This document shows positions 49,094 through 63,066 of a DNA stretch of 64,000 nucleotides, piece after piece; within the stretch, counting starts at the first letter, position 1, and every line of letters starts with the position of its first letter. The stretch is from Takakia lepidozioides (taxonomy: Eukaryota; Plantae; Bryophyta). The notes beneath the pieces were generated by a model that saw only the letters and a program-made list of their open reading frames with translations, was not told the DNA's origin and did not search any database. The DNA is taken from NCBI GenBank assembly GCA_030704615.1, contig CM060731.1:57722001-57786000 (forward strand). Direction: 5' to 3'. Position numbers and translations under genes: made by a program.

Positions 49094-51361
49094 GCCATTG
49101 TGTTGGAGCAGGTGGTATGTTCCACAAGATTCTTAACAGTCAGCTACCTATTTTTGCTTGTTGGGAGCTTGCTGTGTTATGACCATTCTGTAATGGATCC
49201 AAATGCCATCTCTGCTGTTACCAAATATCCAGAACACATGGACCCATTTCATATTAGGTGAAGTCTTGCAGTCTTATGTCATTTGATTTATTCCATAGCT
49301 TGAGGGTACTCCTTGCAAGACTTTACCTCGTGTAAAAACTGAATATTTGGGGAGCTGAATATGCATCTTTGGTTGGTGAAAGAATAATTACTAGCTATGT
49401 CTGCATAATCTGAACTACTGGCCCAATGGCATTATTGTATCAATGGCCCCAAAATACAATAGGTTTTTCCGATGAGGTTTTGGTAAGATTCTTACCCGCG
49501 GACTGGATTTGATCAAACCCATTGGTAATACTTAAATCTTATCTTGAAGCCCACTCAAAAATTTCCATTGGCCCTGCCCATTGCTCACTAAATCCAATTG
49601 GACATGTAAATAGGACGTTTTTACGTTTCTTCTCTTTGGAGAAGGCCCGGACTCCAGCACTCTAAAATAGATTGAAAATGAGGAAAACATTCCTCTGGCA
49701 GATATCATCAAGGCCCCTGAACGTCAACTTATCCTCCTCGACACCTTCAGCACATGGGGGAGACAGGGACTTGTTTGTAGCTCACTGGGAAGCATTTGTA
49801 GCCTGCACTGGGAAGCGGAAGAGGAGGGTTGGGTGGTACTGCCACTGCTGCCGCGGCCATTCGCAGGAGACTAAGCATCAGTGTCAAAATCATTAAGCCC
49901 ATTATTAAGTATGTGCCTTTCCCAAGTGTCTCCTCCTCTCCTGGTGCTGAAAACTTCCATGATGTGCATTCTCCAGGTAACACCTCTCTCAGGTAACATC
50001 TCTGTTGTTGAACAACTTATGAAAAATAAATGGATGAGTGTTCAAATTTACAATAGATGAAAGTAGATTCTACTACTCACAAGGAGGAGCCACAGCAGCA
50101 CTAGCCTCTTGTTACATTCTTCCTCTTCTTTTCTACTTCATCTCGCACCTTCTCACCCTCAAGCTAAAGGTCATCGGTTGGACCTGTTAAATGGTTGCCC
50201 AAATGCACTACAAAAGTTAGTGTACCCATTAAGGTTAACTATTGCTCCAGTTAGTAAACTGTAAGTGGGCCCTGCCTCAGCACATTTGTTATGCTATTTT
50301 TCTAGTGTGCAATAAGTTTACAATGGCCAGTTCCTACAAAAGAAAATTTCCTCCCAAGTTACTACAATTGGGACAGATGCTTCAAGTGCAGCTGCCAGTT
50401 ATAGGAAACCACTTTGTGCTGGTATTGCCCACCAATACAGTCTGAACTTCCAAAAGTGTGAACATAAGTGACTCTTAATCCAGCTTTCGGAGCTCCAATC
50501 ACAAATGAATCTTGCAAATTAGCAATGTATCCCTACAAGAAGATTATCTCAACAAGGCTCATCAATAGAATAGAAGGAAACCTTGTTCATAAATTCTTGT
50601 CCATGGCATGCACAAAATCTGTTAATGAACCAAAGTGAGGGACTTTAGGTTGCAACACCTTGAAAGAACACTTCACAAGAAAACCTCCAGTCTTTCATTC
50701 CCTTCATCACTTCATGATCTTTCTGTGGACACCCCATCCATACAATTCAGAAACTGGTTGAACCACATCTGAGTTATTACTTCTACTGCTAACCTTAAAG
50801 AACCCCGTTCTAAGGGGAATAGGAATTATTACAAATCGTATTCACTTTCATATTCAAGCTTCCAAGAAGCTCCACCATCTACACCAGAATCTTCAACTAG
50901 CAACTAAGGCATGGGCTCCTCCACTCTGGATCCTCCCAGCATGTGTCTTTGCATGGCAACTGCTCCGGGATTGTAGTTGATATAACCTATCTTCCTTGGC
51001 TTCTGTACAAATTGGTCAAGAATATAACCTGGCGATGGCTCTGTCCAATTCAGTGGCAGGGTCTACAGCCACAAGGTACTGCATGCAGTTTCTTAAGGAG
51101 TACGTCTGTACTAGCCATCTCCTTCAATCAATCCTCACTGCTCTGTCTGGAACAATGGGTTACAATTTGATCCTTGCTTTCCTGCACGCTCCCTTCCGCG
51201 TGCAAATCACTATCTCGATCGACCAAATAGCCCTTAAAATTGTATATCGTGATCAGCCAAAAGTGCAACCACCCCCAACCCAGGGAGGGGAGGTTAGTTT
51301 TAGCTAAGGGTTTAGATGCTGATGAGGAAAAGGGGGGGGGGGTGGGTGGGGTGTTTGTACT

Positions 51362-52563
51362 TCATTGACTGGAAGAGTTGACGTGGCTTTGACCAGACTT
51401 GGTCTCCACCCTCCTCTCCAGCCATGCCTTGATATCTCCTAAGATGATTGCCACATTCTCATCATACTCCCCCTGTAAAAGAGAATGTTGCATGCCCTTG
51501 TAAATTCTAATTGTTTTGTCCTCAGATTTTGCACTTTCGTAGAGGAACTTGCTTACTTCAGGCTCCGTCACCACGTCTGCGTCCCCATGTATCACTAGGA
51601 ACGGAAGGTCAACATCTTTGAGCTTCTGCCCAAGACTTTCCGTCAATCTTAGCAGCTCAGCCACTGTGCCAAGCCTTGGCTTTCCAGCATATCTGCCAAA
51701 GAGAATTAAGGGTTCACAGAAAAGGGTCAGGCTGGAATTCGACAACCTTGATGTGTACCTACATCAGATTTTTGAACCCACACATCTCCCAACACGGGTA
51801 ACCGCATTCTTGCAACCAATTACAGTCAAGGACTGCCAAACTGGTAACAAATTCCAATAACCAAGGGGAGAACAAGAGTTTACCTTCGGGGATTGTTTCT
51901 AGCGAGCTCTCTCTTCACAGGATCTTTCACGGACTTATCGACGAGATCTTTGGTAGGCACAATTGCCCATGTCGGAATCCATCCGGCCACGAACCTCAGA
52001 ATTGATGCAACAGGAAAAGGGGGAGTCATTTTATCTGAAATTTTGCACATGGGAGCCATTAAGATGGCGCCGTCGTATCCTGTGCGGTCCAGAAAGTGCA
52101 CTTCCAAACACAGTGCGCCACCCAGTGACTCCCCGTATAGGAAGCAGGGCAGATTCTGGAACTCGGGCTTTTGTTTCACAGAATTGAAAAAGAAGAGACA
52201 ATCTTCAACGACGGCATCCATACTGGGGACGAACCCTCGTAACCCATTCGATTGCCCATGACCTTCAAGATCCAGTGCAAATGCAGCATACCCCAACTGT
52301 GTGAACAAGATTGCTGTGTTCTGAAACACCCAGCTGGAATCATTTCCATATCCATGTATCATAAAGATAAGGGCTTTTGGAGGGTGATCAGATGGCACCC
52401 ACGACTGCGTGAAAATGGAGATCCCACGCGGAGTTTGAATTCTCTCTCTATCATTCCTCAGGTTTTTCAGTTCGTAATAGTCGGACTCAGGCATCTCGCC
52501 CCATGGAAACGGAGGTGGCTTGTAGATTGCTGCGATGTTCGTACTTGGATTGACCACCTCCAT
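51362..52563 (-). CDS. Alpha/beta hydrolase of the monoacylglycerol lipase / caffeoyl shikimate esterase family (closest in motifs to MAGL1-type)
   Basis: Exons 52563-51884 and 51692-51362, 336 aa. HGYGND oxyanion region, GESLGG nucleophile, HGDAD and MQHSLL catalytic residues, APMCKIS, KPRLGTV. Confidence 0.93.
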
Positions 52564-52960
52564 GCCTCTGCACCAGCACACTCACTGCATTCCGGAGCGA
52601 TCTCTCTCTCTCTCGGTTTTGACCTAAGGGCCGAGTCTCTCTCACAGAATCGTCACAGATTGGGTCCACCAAACAGTTTAGAAAAGAAGTCGCTGCAATC
52701 TATGACTCCCACCCTCATACAGTAACTAGTGAAAGGCCAATTGCTCGAAGAAATCTGCGTTGAAGAATGTTTTGCAGGGCATTCTCCACATAAAGCACAC
52801 CTGCATCGCTACAATCCCGAACTCTCCACCATTCAACCCTGTAGTATATAACTGACATCTTCTTAGCATTCGCATCAGTTAAAGAATATGCTTCATAGAA
52901 CTGTTTTCTCTCACCCTTATTCGCACGCGCGGTCGAGACTCGAGGCAATGCGAGGTAAGA
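52564..52960. promoter_or_regulatory. Compact bidirectional promoter/5'UTR region
   Basis: Only 397 bp separate the divergent start codons of the hydrolase and p24 genes. Confidence 0.55.
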
Positions 52961-55900
52961 ATGGGGCCGAGGAGGGTGGCGTGCAGCCTGCTGTGCCTAG
53001 CATTCTTGCACCAGACTGCGGGCCTTCGAATCACGGTGTTTGTCAAGGAGTGTGTTTCTGAGGAAGTGAATTTCGATGGGGACATGGTGTCTGGCAACTT
53101 TGTAGTTCTGGATAATGGCAATAATTGGGGTGGCATTGAGCTTGTGGTGAGTTCCTCTTCTTGTCGACTCATTTTTCTGCAACCTTCTGGAATAGTTTCC
53201 ATTAAATCCATCCTTTTGAGTCCGCGGATACTGTGATGTCGTTGATCTATCTTGTATCACAATGGCATTTGGATGGTGGATCGTCGTGTCCCCGAAGGAC
53301 TTCCGGAGGGACCGATCTTGGCAATCAGGGTAACTGGAGGGACAGATCTTTGAGCTTTGATGTAGCTTTGCAGCAAACAACTTCATAAGAACACTGGGAG
53401 CAAATGCATTCTCCTGTACCTACGGTTTTTCACTTCCTCGACACATCACACTGCAGACTGAGAGTGGTGAAAGTGAGGGATCCTGGAAAATTTCCAATCT
53501 GTAGGAGATTTTTGAGGAGGAACTGGTGCTATTTCTTGACAAATTTCATATTGGATCATTTGATAAAATAAAATGATTCGTTTCTCAATTCTCACTTCTG
53601 CCCATACACTGTCAGGCATATTCATTGCATACTTATTTGTTCAAGTCTACTAGGATAGGACGTTTATCTTCACACACTTGCAATTTGGCTACCTGTCATT
53701 TTGCAATTGTTGAATTGAAATTTGTCCTTTTATGCATTCTCTAGCAATCCAAGTCATACATAGAACCGTCACAACTCAGTGTTAACAGGTGTAAGATATT
53801 TGTAGGTGACAGGTCCTTCAGGTCAGAAGGTGGTTACAACATCTTCCCTCGCTGGTGAAAAGTTTGAATTTCAAGCGCAGCAGAAGGGGTTGTATAATTT
53901 CTGCTTTTACAATCCGTCGGCAGCCCCTGAGCAAGTTATTTTCTACATTCACGTTGGGCACATACCAGGCATTGAGGATCTGGCCAAAGATGGTAATAGT
54001 ATCATGATCTTTTTTATCTTAGAAGGGTACGGGATGGGATAAGGAAGGGGGGAAGACAGAGGGAGACGGAAAGTTTGGAGCTGTGTCAGCTTTTGCAAAC
54101 ACAGGATTTATCACACATCTCAATTAGAATGGGGTTCATATGGCGTGGGCACGGTCTTGATTGGCTGCAAAGATAGAGAGGGTTTGGGTCTATTATGTAA
54201 GTTTCAGTTCCTGAGATGTCAGGAATTTTGCGACTCTTGACCACTGTAGTTCCAAACCAATAGCATTGAATACATCATGAGATATAACGTCATCACAGCC
54301 TCAATTTGGCATTAGCAAGCATACCTTAAGCTTTCAATAGAAGACGACACATTGTCATGCCTTTGAGGGTATTGCAGAAGAGTTTGGTTGTGCTGTTGTG
54401 TGAAATTGATCGACGTTGTGAAGTCTGATGTGTGGTTTTGCCCATTAGGGCTGACTCAACAAGAGGCTACAGTGACTCAATGCTGCTGTTTTTGTAGACC
54501 GCCCCTGTATATGGAGGGCCCTTATCTCATAGGGGTAGGTCAACATGCGAGGGCATTGACATCCATCTACATTTTTGCAAGATTGTCTTGACTGGTGTTC
54601 TATTGTTGTTGTTGAGTCACAGAAAACTTGAAGCCTGTGAGTGTGAGGATTGCGCAGCTGCGAGAAGCTCTTGAGGGCGTTTCTGCTGAGCAGCAATACT
54701 TGAAAGCCCGAGATTTACGCCAGCGTTTCAGTAAGTTCCTCTCCCATATCTAGTATCCTAGGTTGTCTTGTGATGCATGGTATGTACGAAGTGATCAGTC
54801 CTGATGTGATCTGCCAGCAAGCCCATGGCCCCCTCCTGTAAACTGTGGTGCACCGGTTTAGGTCTTAACTTGGACTGGTCCAACATCTGTTTGAGTTATA
54901 TTGTAATGGTTCTGTATGGAGTTGTTAGTCTGTGCTTACATAGATGAATTTGAACCTTGGGAGACTGGTCCATGGAGAGAGACACAGACAGATGCTCAAT
55001 TACATATATCTTCGGGTGCTCTCTGTAAAGGATCCTCCAGAGCTCATGGTGGCTTTCAATGTGTGAAACTAAAGAGTTATAATTTCATATCACACCAAGG
55101 ATTGAAACTTACTGGCTGTAGTAAGTGGTTGATTCAGTAGTTCCGAGATATAGTATCAGCGGCATTGCAACTGTACGTCTACTACTGCAGTTGGGGGTTG
55201 GTGCACTGCGCGTGTGCGGCACTCAGGGTGGTTGATCTGGATACAAGATGTCTAACACCCCACCCGTTTACACTACCAATTTGTATGGAATTAGCACAAC
55301 CTGGCAATCAAATTCTTGGTTGAAATCATCAACTGTATACGGTAGTTGTTGTATGCACTGGCATTGACACATGCTAGAGAGAATGAACCAGGTACTGCTG
55401 CATTAGGCCTGAGGATGTGACACTTTGCTGTGATTGCATCGTTCGGCACATTGCAGAGCAGAAAGGGCAGAGAGGGAGAGAGAAAAATGTCGTGAGACGT
55501 CGTTTGCCGTAGCCTTGTGGCCATTGACCCCGCGCCCAGGTTGAGCGGAACAGAAACGGACAGAACCTACCTTTGTCAGGGGCTGACGCCGGTAGTAATA
55601 CTAACCTTGGAATAAACAATTGATCCGGGTTTTCCAGATACTTCTAGAAATCCTTTAGACACGCATCAACCTGCTGTGTGTGGTTTGCCCAATAACTAGG
55701 CCCCCAAAGGGCCTGGGCTTTTGGCTCAGCAGAGAGGGAGAAGAGAGAGATTGTTCTCATAAGACGTTGTTTGCCGTAGCCTTGTGGCCATTGACCCCGC
55801 GCCCAGTTTGAGCGGAAACAAAAGGGACAGAACCTACCTCTGTCAGGGGCTGACGTTGGTAGACAGAGAGAGAGAGAATGTACTCATAAGACGTTGTTTG

Positions 55901-56189
55901 CCGTAGAGAGAGAGAGAGAGAGAGAGAGAGAGTGTGTGTTCTTACTAGTCAACGACTTGGCAGGAGAGATGGAGAGTAGCATCTTCACGTGTTTGGTGAT
56001 TCATGCATGTTTTCAGCCTTCTTTGCTAATTAGTGCTTTGAATACTATGTGGCAGCAAACGAGAGCACCCACAAGCGGTTGATAGCCTATACAGTTGGTG
56101 AGTACTGTTGCCTGGTTGGAGTTAGTATTGGTCAAGTCTACCTCATTCGTCGGCTCTTCAGTAAGTCGATTGGATACAGCAAAGTGTAG
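52961..56189 (+). CDS. p24/emp24 (GOLD-domain) cargo receptor, p24beta-like
   Basis: Exons 52961-53146, 53806-53992, 54623-54730, 56056-56189, 204 aa. Signal peptide, ECVSE..DGDMVSGNFVV, GLYNFCFYN, HVGHIP, QYLKARD.RQRFTNEST, transmembrane segment, tail RRLFSKSIGYSKV. Confidence 0.93.
55466..55932 (-). repeat. Three progressively truncated copies of a ~120-bp element, each next to a GA-rich tract, in p24 intron 3
   Basis: 'gacgt.gtttgccgtagccttgtggccattgaccccgcgcccag.ttgagcggaa...agaacctacct.tgtcaggggctgacg' at about 55496 and about 55763; a stub at about 55890. Confidence 0.8.
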
Positions 56190-59100
56190 GCCTCAGGCTG
56201 TCCACCCTCCAAAGATGTACACTGGCCATGGGCACCAATTTTGTATTGAAAAGCCTCTTTGCATTGCGACTTAATAAGCAACATGTGGTCACTGATTGGA
56301 AGAAAAAGTTGAGCTATCCTACTATACTACTTTGGACATCATATATGCTTCATGTTAGGAGCTCCAAGTGCAAAGAGAGACAAATGGTGGTTCCTCCCTC
56401 ACACAACAAACAGAAAGAAGAGATCGGGGAAAGGGAGCTAAGCATGGCTTACTTTCTGGGTTCGCAGTGACCTGTGGTGTACATGAAGGAGTACACCAAA
56501 GGGCCTTTTCAATTTGGGCACAAGTTGGTGGTGGGCTCTCACCACACAAAAATGGCAGAGAGCTGAGAGAGAACGGTCTACTGTCTACTCTGAGTTTCCA
56601 ATCAGCCAAATTTGTTAAAGAGTACATTAAGGGCCTGCACAAGCTGGTGCGAGACTGTAGGCTGCTCCATTCTCATTGCCAAAAGGGTGCTTGTACAGCC
56701 TTGGATAATGGGTCACTCGTAAAGCCATACAGCACCGGAAAGCTCCTCCAACTCCCATTTCACTTTGATTCCTCTCCCTACCTTCATACACTGGCCAATC
56801 TGAAAAAGCAACTCTGAATGTTTCTCACCTCTCTACTTAGTCTCTCAATCCATGGCCCCCACAAAGCCTGCAAACAGCCACACAACACAGCTCCCAAAGT
56901 CCCAAAAAGAGGAGGACCTACAGAAAGGCGACGAGATATCTATTGCTATGGACGAGAAAGTACTGCGCGTTCAGCAGTCGTCCACCTCCAGCCCACGATT
57001 ATGGACTCCGCGGACCGCAATTTTACTTGTTGGTAGGGTTATTTTTAAGGGACGGTGGGAGTATATACCACGTGGCCATCCCGCCACGTAGCATTCTTTT
57101 TTGCTTTTGCCGTATCTCCTTACATCATCCATCCTCTGCTGCGGGGCCACGTGTGACGGTGCCTTACTGGATGAGGCTCCCTCAACCCCATGCACATAAA
57201 GTCCATCCAATCGCTGGGCTGCGGATGTCGTACATCGCTGGATTTAGGGATCCACTCCTCATCCACTTTTACGCTTTCCCCGACCAACGTGGAGCAATTT
57301 GGTAAGCCCGCCCCACGCGCGGGGCCACGTACACCCCCCGGCATGTGAGCGTGTGTTATTATCCAACCCGGGATCTGTGGAGCTCCGTTCCCGGAGCTCA
57401 AAACCCGTACTGCTCACGACTAGCCATAACGGTCTCTCATCCCCGTTAACTGAATTCCGCACCGAACCCGGTAACCCGCCGTTACTCCATAGCTTATTTA
57501 GCACCAATACCTCCTTTAAAAAGCGGTTATTTATTAAGTAAATGGTGGGTTAGGTGTGGTCTATCTGTTCATATCCATCCACTTTTCATCCTTGTGCAAC
57601 CGGCTTCACATCCATCTCCTCACACCGGCTACCTCAGTCGGAATAGTCAGTAGGTAGTCGATTCTGTGCTTTCTAGGTCTCTTACTTGGCAGAATCATTG
57701 CCCTTTTAGTGGACGATTGCATTCGGATTCGACTTCCTACCGACACATTACGCAATGTAATGGGCCGGGTGGACTACATTCTGCCGGGTTCGCCTGCCTG
57801 ATTCAAAAATGTGTCTAGTTTCCGGGGGGGGGCTTACGAGGCATAATGTCATCTACCGGCCCATTCCATATTCTGTAATCCCCCAAACATCTGTGAATTG
57901 TCTTATTTCAAAGGTATCAGACATGATATGCATTTTCTTTTCTTTTTTTTTAGATAAGAGGGACGGAGGCCTCAAAACTTTATAGATAAGGACGTGAAGT
58001 CCGAGAAATACAAGAGGAAAAAATCAGCTCGAATGAAGTGCCATGGAGGCTGATCTATGTGTCTTATTTTAAAACGGGTGAGATAATTGTTTTTGTTTTT
58101 AAATTTGGTAAACAACCGCCAGTCCGCAAATAGTGTGTAGGTGGCAATTATGTATAATTAATGTTTAGTAGTTGGATAAATGAGAGGATTAAATAGGCAT
58201 AATTAGATGAGGTGGTTATTAGAGAGAGGTTGGTTAATTAGAGTGGTGAGCGCGGGTGAGTTAAGTTAGAAAGGTGAAAGCAGAGTTGGCGGTGCGGGGG
58301 AGGGAAGAGAATACCGGCGAAGAGACGCCTGAAAAGGCGCCATGCATGAAAGCCCGGAGATGCAGGGGGGGAGAGGTCCTTCCGAGGACAGTTAACACGC
58401 TTGGCCTCCCTGCCACCATCGTCCCTTTCTCCTCCGCCAACTTGGATCTGTGCCCCCTTGCACGCGCTGCATTTTGAAGACGGGATTGGAGAAGGGAATT
58501 TGTGGTCTGTAGGGTTGAGGTTGTGTTCTGTTCTGTTCTGGTAAGAATTTTTCTGTTACCGCTTTTGATTTAGGCCTAGTGGCCTTCTTATGTAGTCCCT
58601 CTCTCATCTTTTTCTTGAACCGTCATCCCTTGTAATTGGGAGAGGGTTTGAGACTGGTGTGTGGTGTTGGCCTACAGTTTCATGTTTCTTTCAAATAGCT
58701 GTTGGTTTTGCTTCTAATTTCGAATCCCTTTTCTTCTTTTTAACCTCGATACCTTGGAATGGAAGCGGCGCTGCAGAACTTGTTTCAGCGTAACCTCTTA
58801 TGTTGAATTCAATCATTTGTTTTTTTTGCACCCGCTCATTCTATCTCTCTTTTCCGGGAATCTGTTTTATTAGTCTAGATATAGCGCGCGGAGAAGAGAG
58901 TTGCCAAGATTTGGTTATATTCCTCTTGGAGAAGAGAAGAGAGTTGCAAAGCATTGGTTCGTATTCCTCTGGTATGCGTCCTCGTCTGGTTGTCATTTAA
59001 TAAGTATTATTTTGTGATAGTGCGTCTCACCTTCGCTCACATCTATCTCATCCTTTCTGCTGGATTCTCTATGTGCGTTAAGGTTTGAATTTGCTTCCGA

Positions 59101-59968
59101 ATTTCCCGAATTTGTTCAATTGTTGTCTTGATTTGTACCGTCATGTCCTAAGTATCCTTCGGAGTGTCCTTTACAGAGTTGCTACCTTCTATTCTTCACA
59201 AACTCTGAGCACAGACTTGTCATGTGTAATTTTTCTCTTTAGCAGCATTGAAAGATTTTGTTGGTGCATTCATGGTCTCCCACTGGAAGGGAAAGAAATT
59301 GGGGTCTGTTTGTGAAAGCGTTGGTTTTTCTTGGTCCGATTGGCTTTCTTCAGTTTTTCTATATCTTACGGTTTAAGAAGTCACTCAAGGACGTTAATTG
59401 AATCGTTGGTTTCGCTTGGTCGTATTCTAGTCCGCAATGATCTTCTGGAGCATTTCTGTTCAATCTGGAGGCTTGCTGAAAGCATAGATGCTTTCTATTT
59501 GCAGTGGTCAATATGACAACTAGGCTCTTGGTTCTTGCATGTTCAGGACATGATTCTCAGTGGTATAGCCTGGACTTTAATGACGCATCTCTCATAGCTT
59601 GCTATAACGCCTGGTATTAATGCGAGGACCTCCTCGTTTGCTATCATTCCTCTAAATCTGCCAACGTTCACCTGGCGACTAGCATAACAACGTTGGCAGA
59701 TCTGCAGGTTCTGTTTTCCTATGTCGAAGCGTGCATCAAGCTTCCCTCGATTATCCATTTCATATCAAGTTAGATTACCTCGTCTCATGTGGACTAGGCG
59801 CGTATTCTATTGGCAGATTGATACTGTGCCTTCTTAGATCTTCATCCTTATTAGTTTCAAGGTGCATTACACCAGTAATCCACCCTGTAAACATGTACAG
59901 CGCTTCATTATGTATTCCTCACTTCACTGTTGTCCTGATTGGGATGTCACAGAAGCAAGAGGGTCAAA

Positions 59969-60502
59969 ATGCATGCTTCCAATCTGCTCAAGGGAGTCTT
60001 GGAGCCCCGATCACTGAACTCCACCTCTCCTAAGAAGCAATCCATGAACGCTCCTCGAAGGGATCCTCGGAGGGATAACCCTGCTGTCAGGGGGAAACGC
60101 GCTTCTTCACCTGATAACGCTCTTCCAGCCGCAACCATAGCATCGAAAAAGTCGTCACCGTCACCTGCCAAGATGGCATGTCTTTGCGCCCCAACCAAAC
60201 ATGCAGGTTCCTTTCGCTGCCGCCTACATCGTCTAAGCCAGCAGCACTGGGGCGGACGCCCCTTGGCCTCAACTTCGTCTTCAAATGCAGCAAGTTCCTC
60301 GGCCCTGCCTGGCCTTGAGAGTGTCGGAAACTCGGTCGTAAGGGAGATTACTGTGAAACGTCACCCCGCACCCCCTTCCAACTTCTTGTCCAGAAATCAG
60401 GTAGCCAGGCCTAGCAGGCTAAGGATGGTGGTGGTTGCTGCTCAAACCGAGGAAGTACTGGCATTGGCTGAAGACGGAGCGGCGCCTTTGATTAACGAGT
60501 AA
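59969..60502 (+). CDS. Plant serine-rich protein-related family member
   Basis: Single coding exon with the family motif CLCAPTKHAGSFRCRLHR and a C-terminal RPSRL. An acceptor (cacag, 59952) just upstream suggests a 5'UTR intron. Confidence 0.85.
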   Translation: MHASNLLKGVLEPRSLNSTSPKKQSMNAPRRDPRRDNPAVRGKRASSPDNALPAATIASKKSSPSPAKMACLCAPTKHAGSFRCRLHRLSQQHWGGRPLASTSSSNAASSSALPGLESVGNSVVREITVKRHPAPPSNFLSRNQVARPSRLRMVVVAAQTEEVLALAEDGAAPLINE

Positions 60503-62006
60503 GTTCTTAAGATCTAGCCTCATTGGGGGACGTTTACTTGTCTGACATAGTTTAGAACTGTAATGTTGTCGATATTTCAAGGCACTAGGCTCTGAATCTG
60601 AAAGGATTGGAAACTACTCACCAGCCTGTCCCAAACAATGAAGAAATGATTCCAAGTGCTATTTTAGACAGTACCTGGTTGACTAAGAACAAATTGTTTT
60701 GTGCTGCAGCGGGAGTGTGAAGTATATGAAGGTGGCTGCCAGCTATGGGGCTACAACTACCTCTGCAAAGGAGTCAGGAGCCATGGCTTTAAGAGTCATG
60801 AAAAACACCACATGACAAGCAGCATCAGATGCCTCATCAATCACCAAATCCTGTTTGTGCCTCATGGATAGTATGGAGGTGTTTGATATCAATCCACCCT
60901 TGCATCATGTGAGACCTGTATAATTATCACAGAATACAGTCCTGGTAAAGAGGGGGCTTGTCAACTCAGTAGACAGGAGTCAGTTCAAAAATTTTGTAGC
61001 ATTTTGTCAAACAAGTGGTGTGTACTTCCTTGACTAATCTAGCACGACGATATTTCCTCGACAAGTAGATGCAGAAGAGCAGTGTGGAGAAGTTTGTTTG
61101 CATTCCTGAAAAGCGGCTGTAGATTTAGGCAACTGGTTATTTTGTACTCTACTGTCCTATCTCTGGACACCAAAACCAAATTGTAATAAACAGTTCAGCA
61201 ACGTTCCTGCTGTTCCAGGCACATAAACTTCTATGCTTTGAAGTTTTGCAGGTCTCATGAATTTTGCTTGGAGCTTTGCTTGGAGCTTTAATATTTCAAG
61301 TTGGAAGCATTATGGGTATGCAAATGGTCAACGTTCTGATCCATCCTGACCTCTTAGGCAATTTCACATGGGGAAGAAGTTATCAGGTGTTTGTGTAGGT
61401 GTGTTTGTACATAGTCTGCTCTTTTCAAATGATATGGTGTTAGCGTGTATGGGTTGATTCAGTTTCGGGTCTTCACAGGGATAATCGTACCATCCATTGA
61501 AACTGACGATGTTTGCCTCCATGTTTCTAGCATTTATCGGTTACTTCTAAGCTCCGAAGCTTCTTAGCTCCGAAGTCAAGACCGTTGCCTTTTGGTCCTT
61601 AAACTTGAGTTGCACAAAGAACAAGGATGTGATCTGCACTTAAGAGTGATTCCCTCCAAAGAGCGCGATGGCATCATGTACGAAGACAATTTACTCAATG
61701 TTTCTCTCTATCCTGCACTGTACTCTTTCCTCTCTCACCCTCTACTCTACATGCCCTCCCACTTTGAATACTTTATTGCATGATGTGGATAGGTTCTCTT
61801 TTACTCTTGATCGTTTGTCACTATCTATGTTACCAGCCAGGGTCAGGGATCACCTATGACAATGCAAGCTAATCAAGTCAATCAAGTCAAATCAAGTCAC
61901 ATTTCACCTGGATATGCTGTTCATTGTAAGATAGCATACTTTTGTGGAGGTGCTCAATATACCCTCCAGTATCTTTCTGCAAATTTCAGTGAAAAAGCAT
62001 ACGGAA

Positions 62007-62114
62007 AATGTGTAGTATTTCAGTAAGCTATGGATAGGAGTGTGGAGTCAAGAGTGCACCAATGTGTAGTATTTCAGTTAGCTATGGATAGGAGTGTGGA
62101 GTCAAGAGTGCACC
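62007..62114. repeat. 54-bp tandem duplication
   Basis: aatgtgtagtatttcagt.agctatggataggagtgtggagtcaagagtgcacc twice, 1 mismatch. Confidence 0.95.
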
Positions 62115-63066
62115 TTGCTCAAGATGCACCGACTGCTCCTTCCAATGATGGGGGCTGAGAAGCCTGCGGACTTTCATTCACAGAGTACCTTTCTTAGGTG
62201 ATCAACTAGGAGTGTCGTGGATTAGTATTCACGAGTGTGTGAGGAGTACGGATGGAAACTTCTAGTACCATCTCGTGAGTACACCAAGTTGAATAGGAAG
62301 TATTGTGATGCTTCGAGCTTACTAACATGACCAGATCAAGTGACCGATTTGATCACAGCTATTTCAGAACTTACTGCAAATGCACATGTCTGGCAGGAGG
62401 TAAGATGCTTGAAATGTGCACACTGCAAATTGCTCACAAACTTCATACATGTAGAAAAAATGGCACACATATTGCCCTGCTAGAAACTTACCCCCTTGCA
62501 CGATGGTGGAAACCCTTTAGGCTGAGATACTCCTATTTTGTTTTGACGAACAAACATTACCCACAATCTCCAAAACTGTCCATCCACATACAACCCTCCA
62601 AAATGGGAGTAGGAAATGGTGGTCTGGTCATCAGGACCTGACACGTTCAACAAAACGTCCCTTGTTCCCTAGAGTGCTCCTGAACTTTCAATGGATAAGG
62701 ACAGGAGGATTGCAAAAAATCACTACGTCAGAGAAACACACTTAAAATGTTCTCTTTAACCAAAAGAGCTCTACTCTTACCTGTGGATGTCAAAGCTTGT
62801 GGCGGCGTCACCACCCTACTGTGGTAATTTAAACATGGAGGATCCAACAAGTCACAGCCAAGTAGCAAGTGCTGGCGTGTACCTCAAACCGATCCTTGGG
62901 TCTACCACCACAAAGTTGCAGCAACGAGCGCGTTCAACAGTAATATAGGTCAAACATTAGTGTACATGTCCCCACCAATTTATACCAATTCTGGATGCCA
63001 CACCAAAACCTTTTGCATTGAAGACTTTTGAACATGGGTTTTATTGACGTGTAACAAAATTAGTTC

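Noticed and set aside
51362-52563. Calling the hydrolase CSE (lignin pathway)
   Set aside because: Motifs HGYGNDxSW, APMCKISDK and PTWAIVPT fit the MAGL1-type sister clade better; a phylogeny is needed.
57047-57064. Stowaway MITE terminus (GGGACGGTGGGAG-TA)
   Set aside because: No matching opposite terminus was found.
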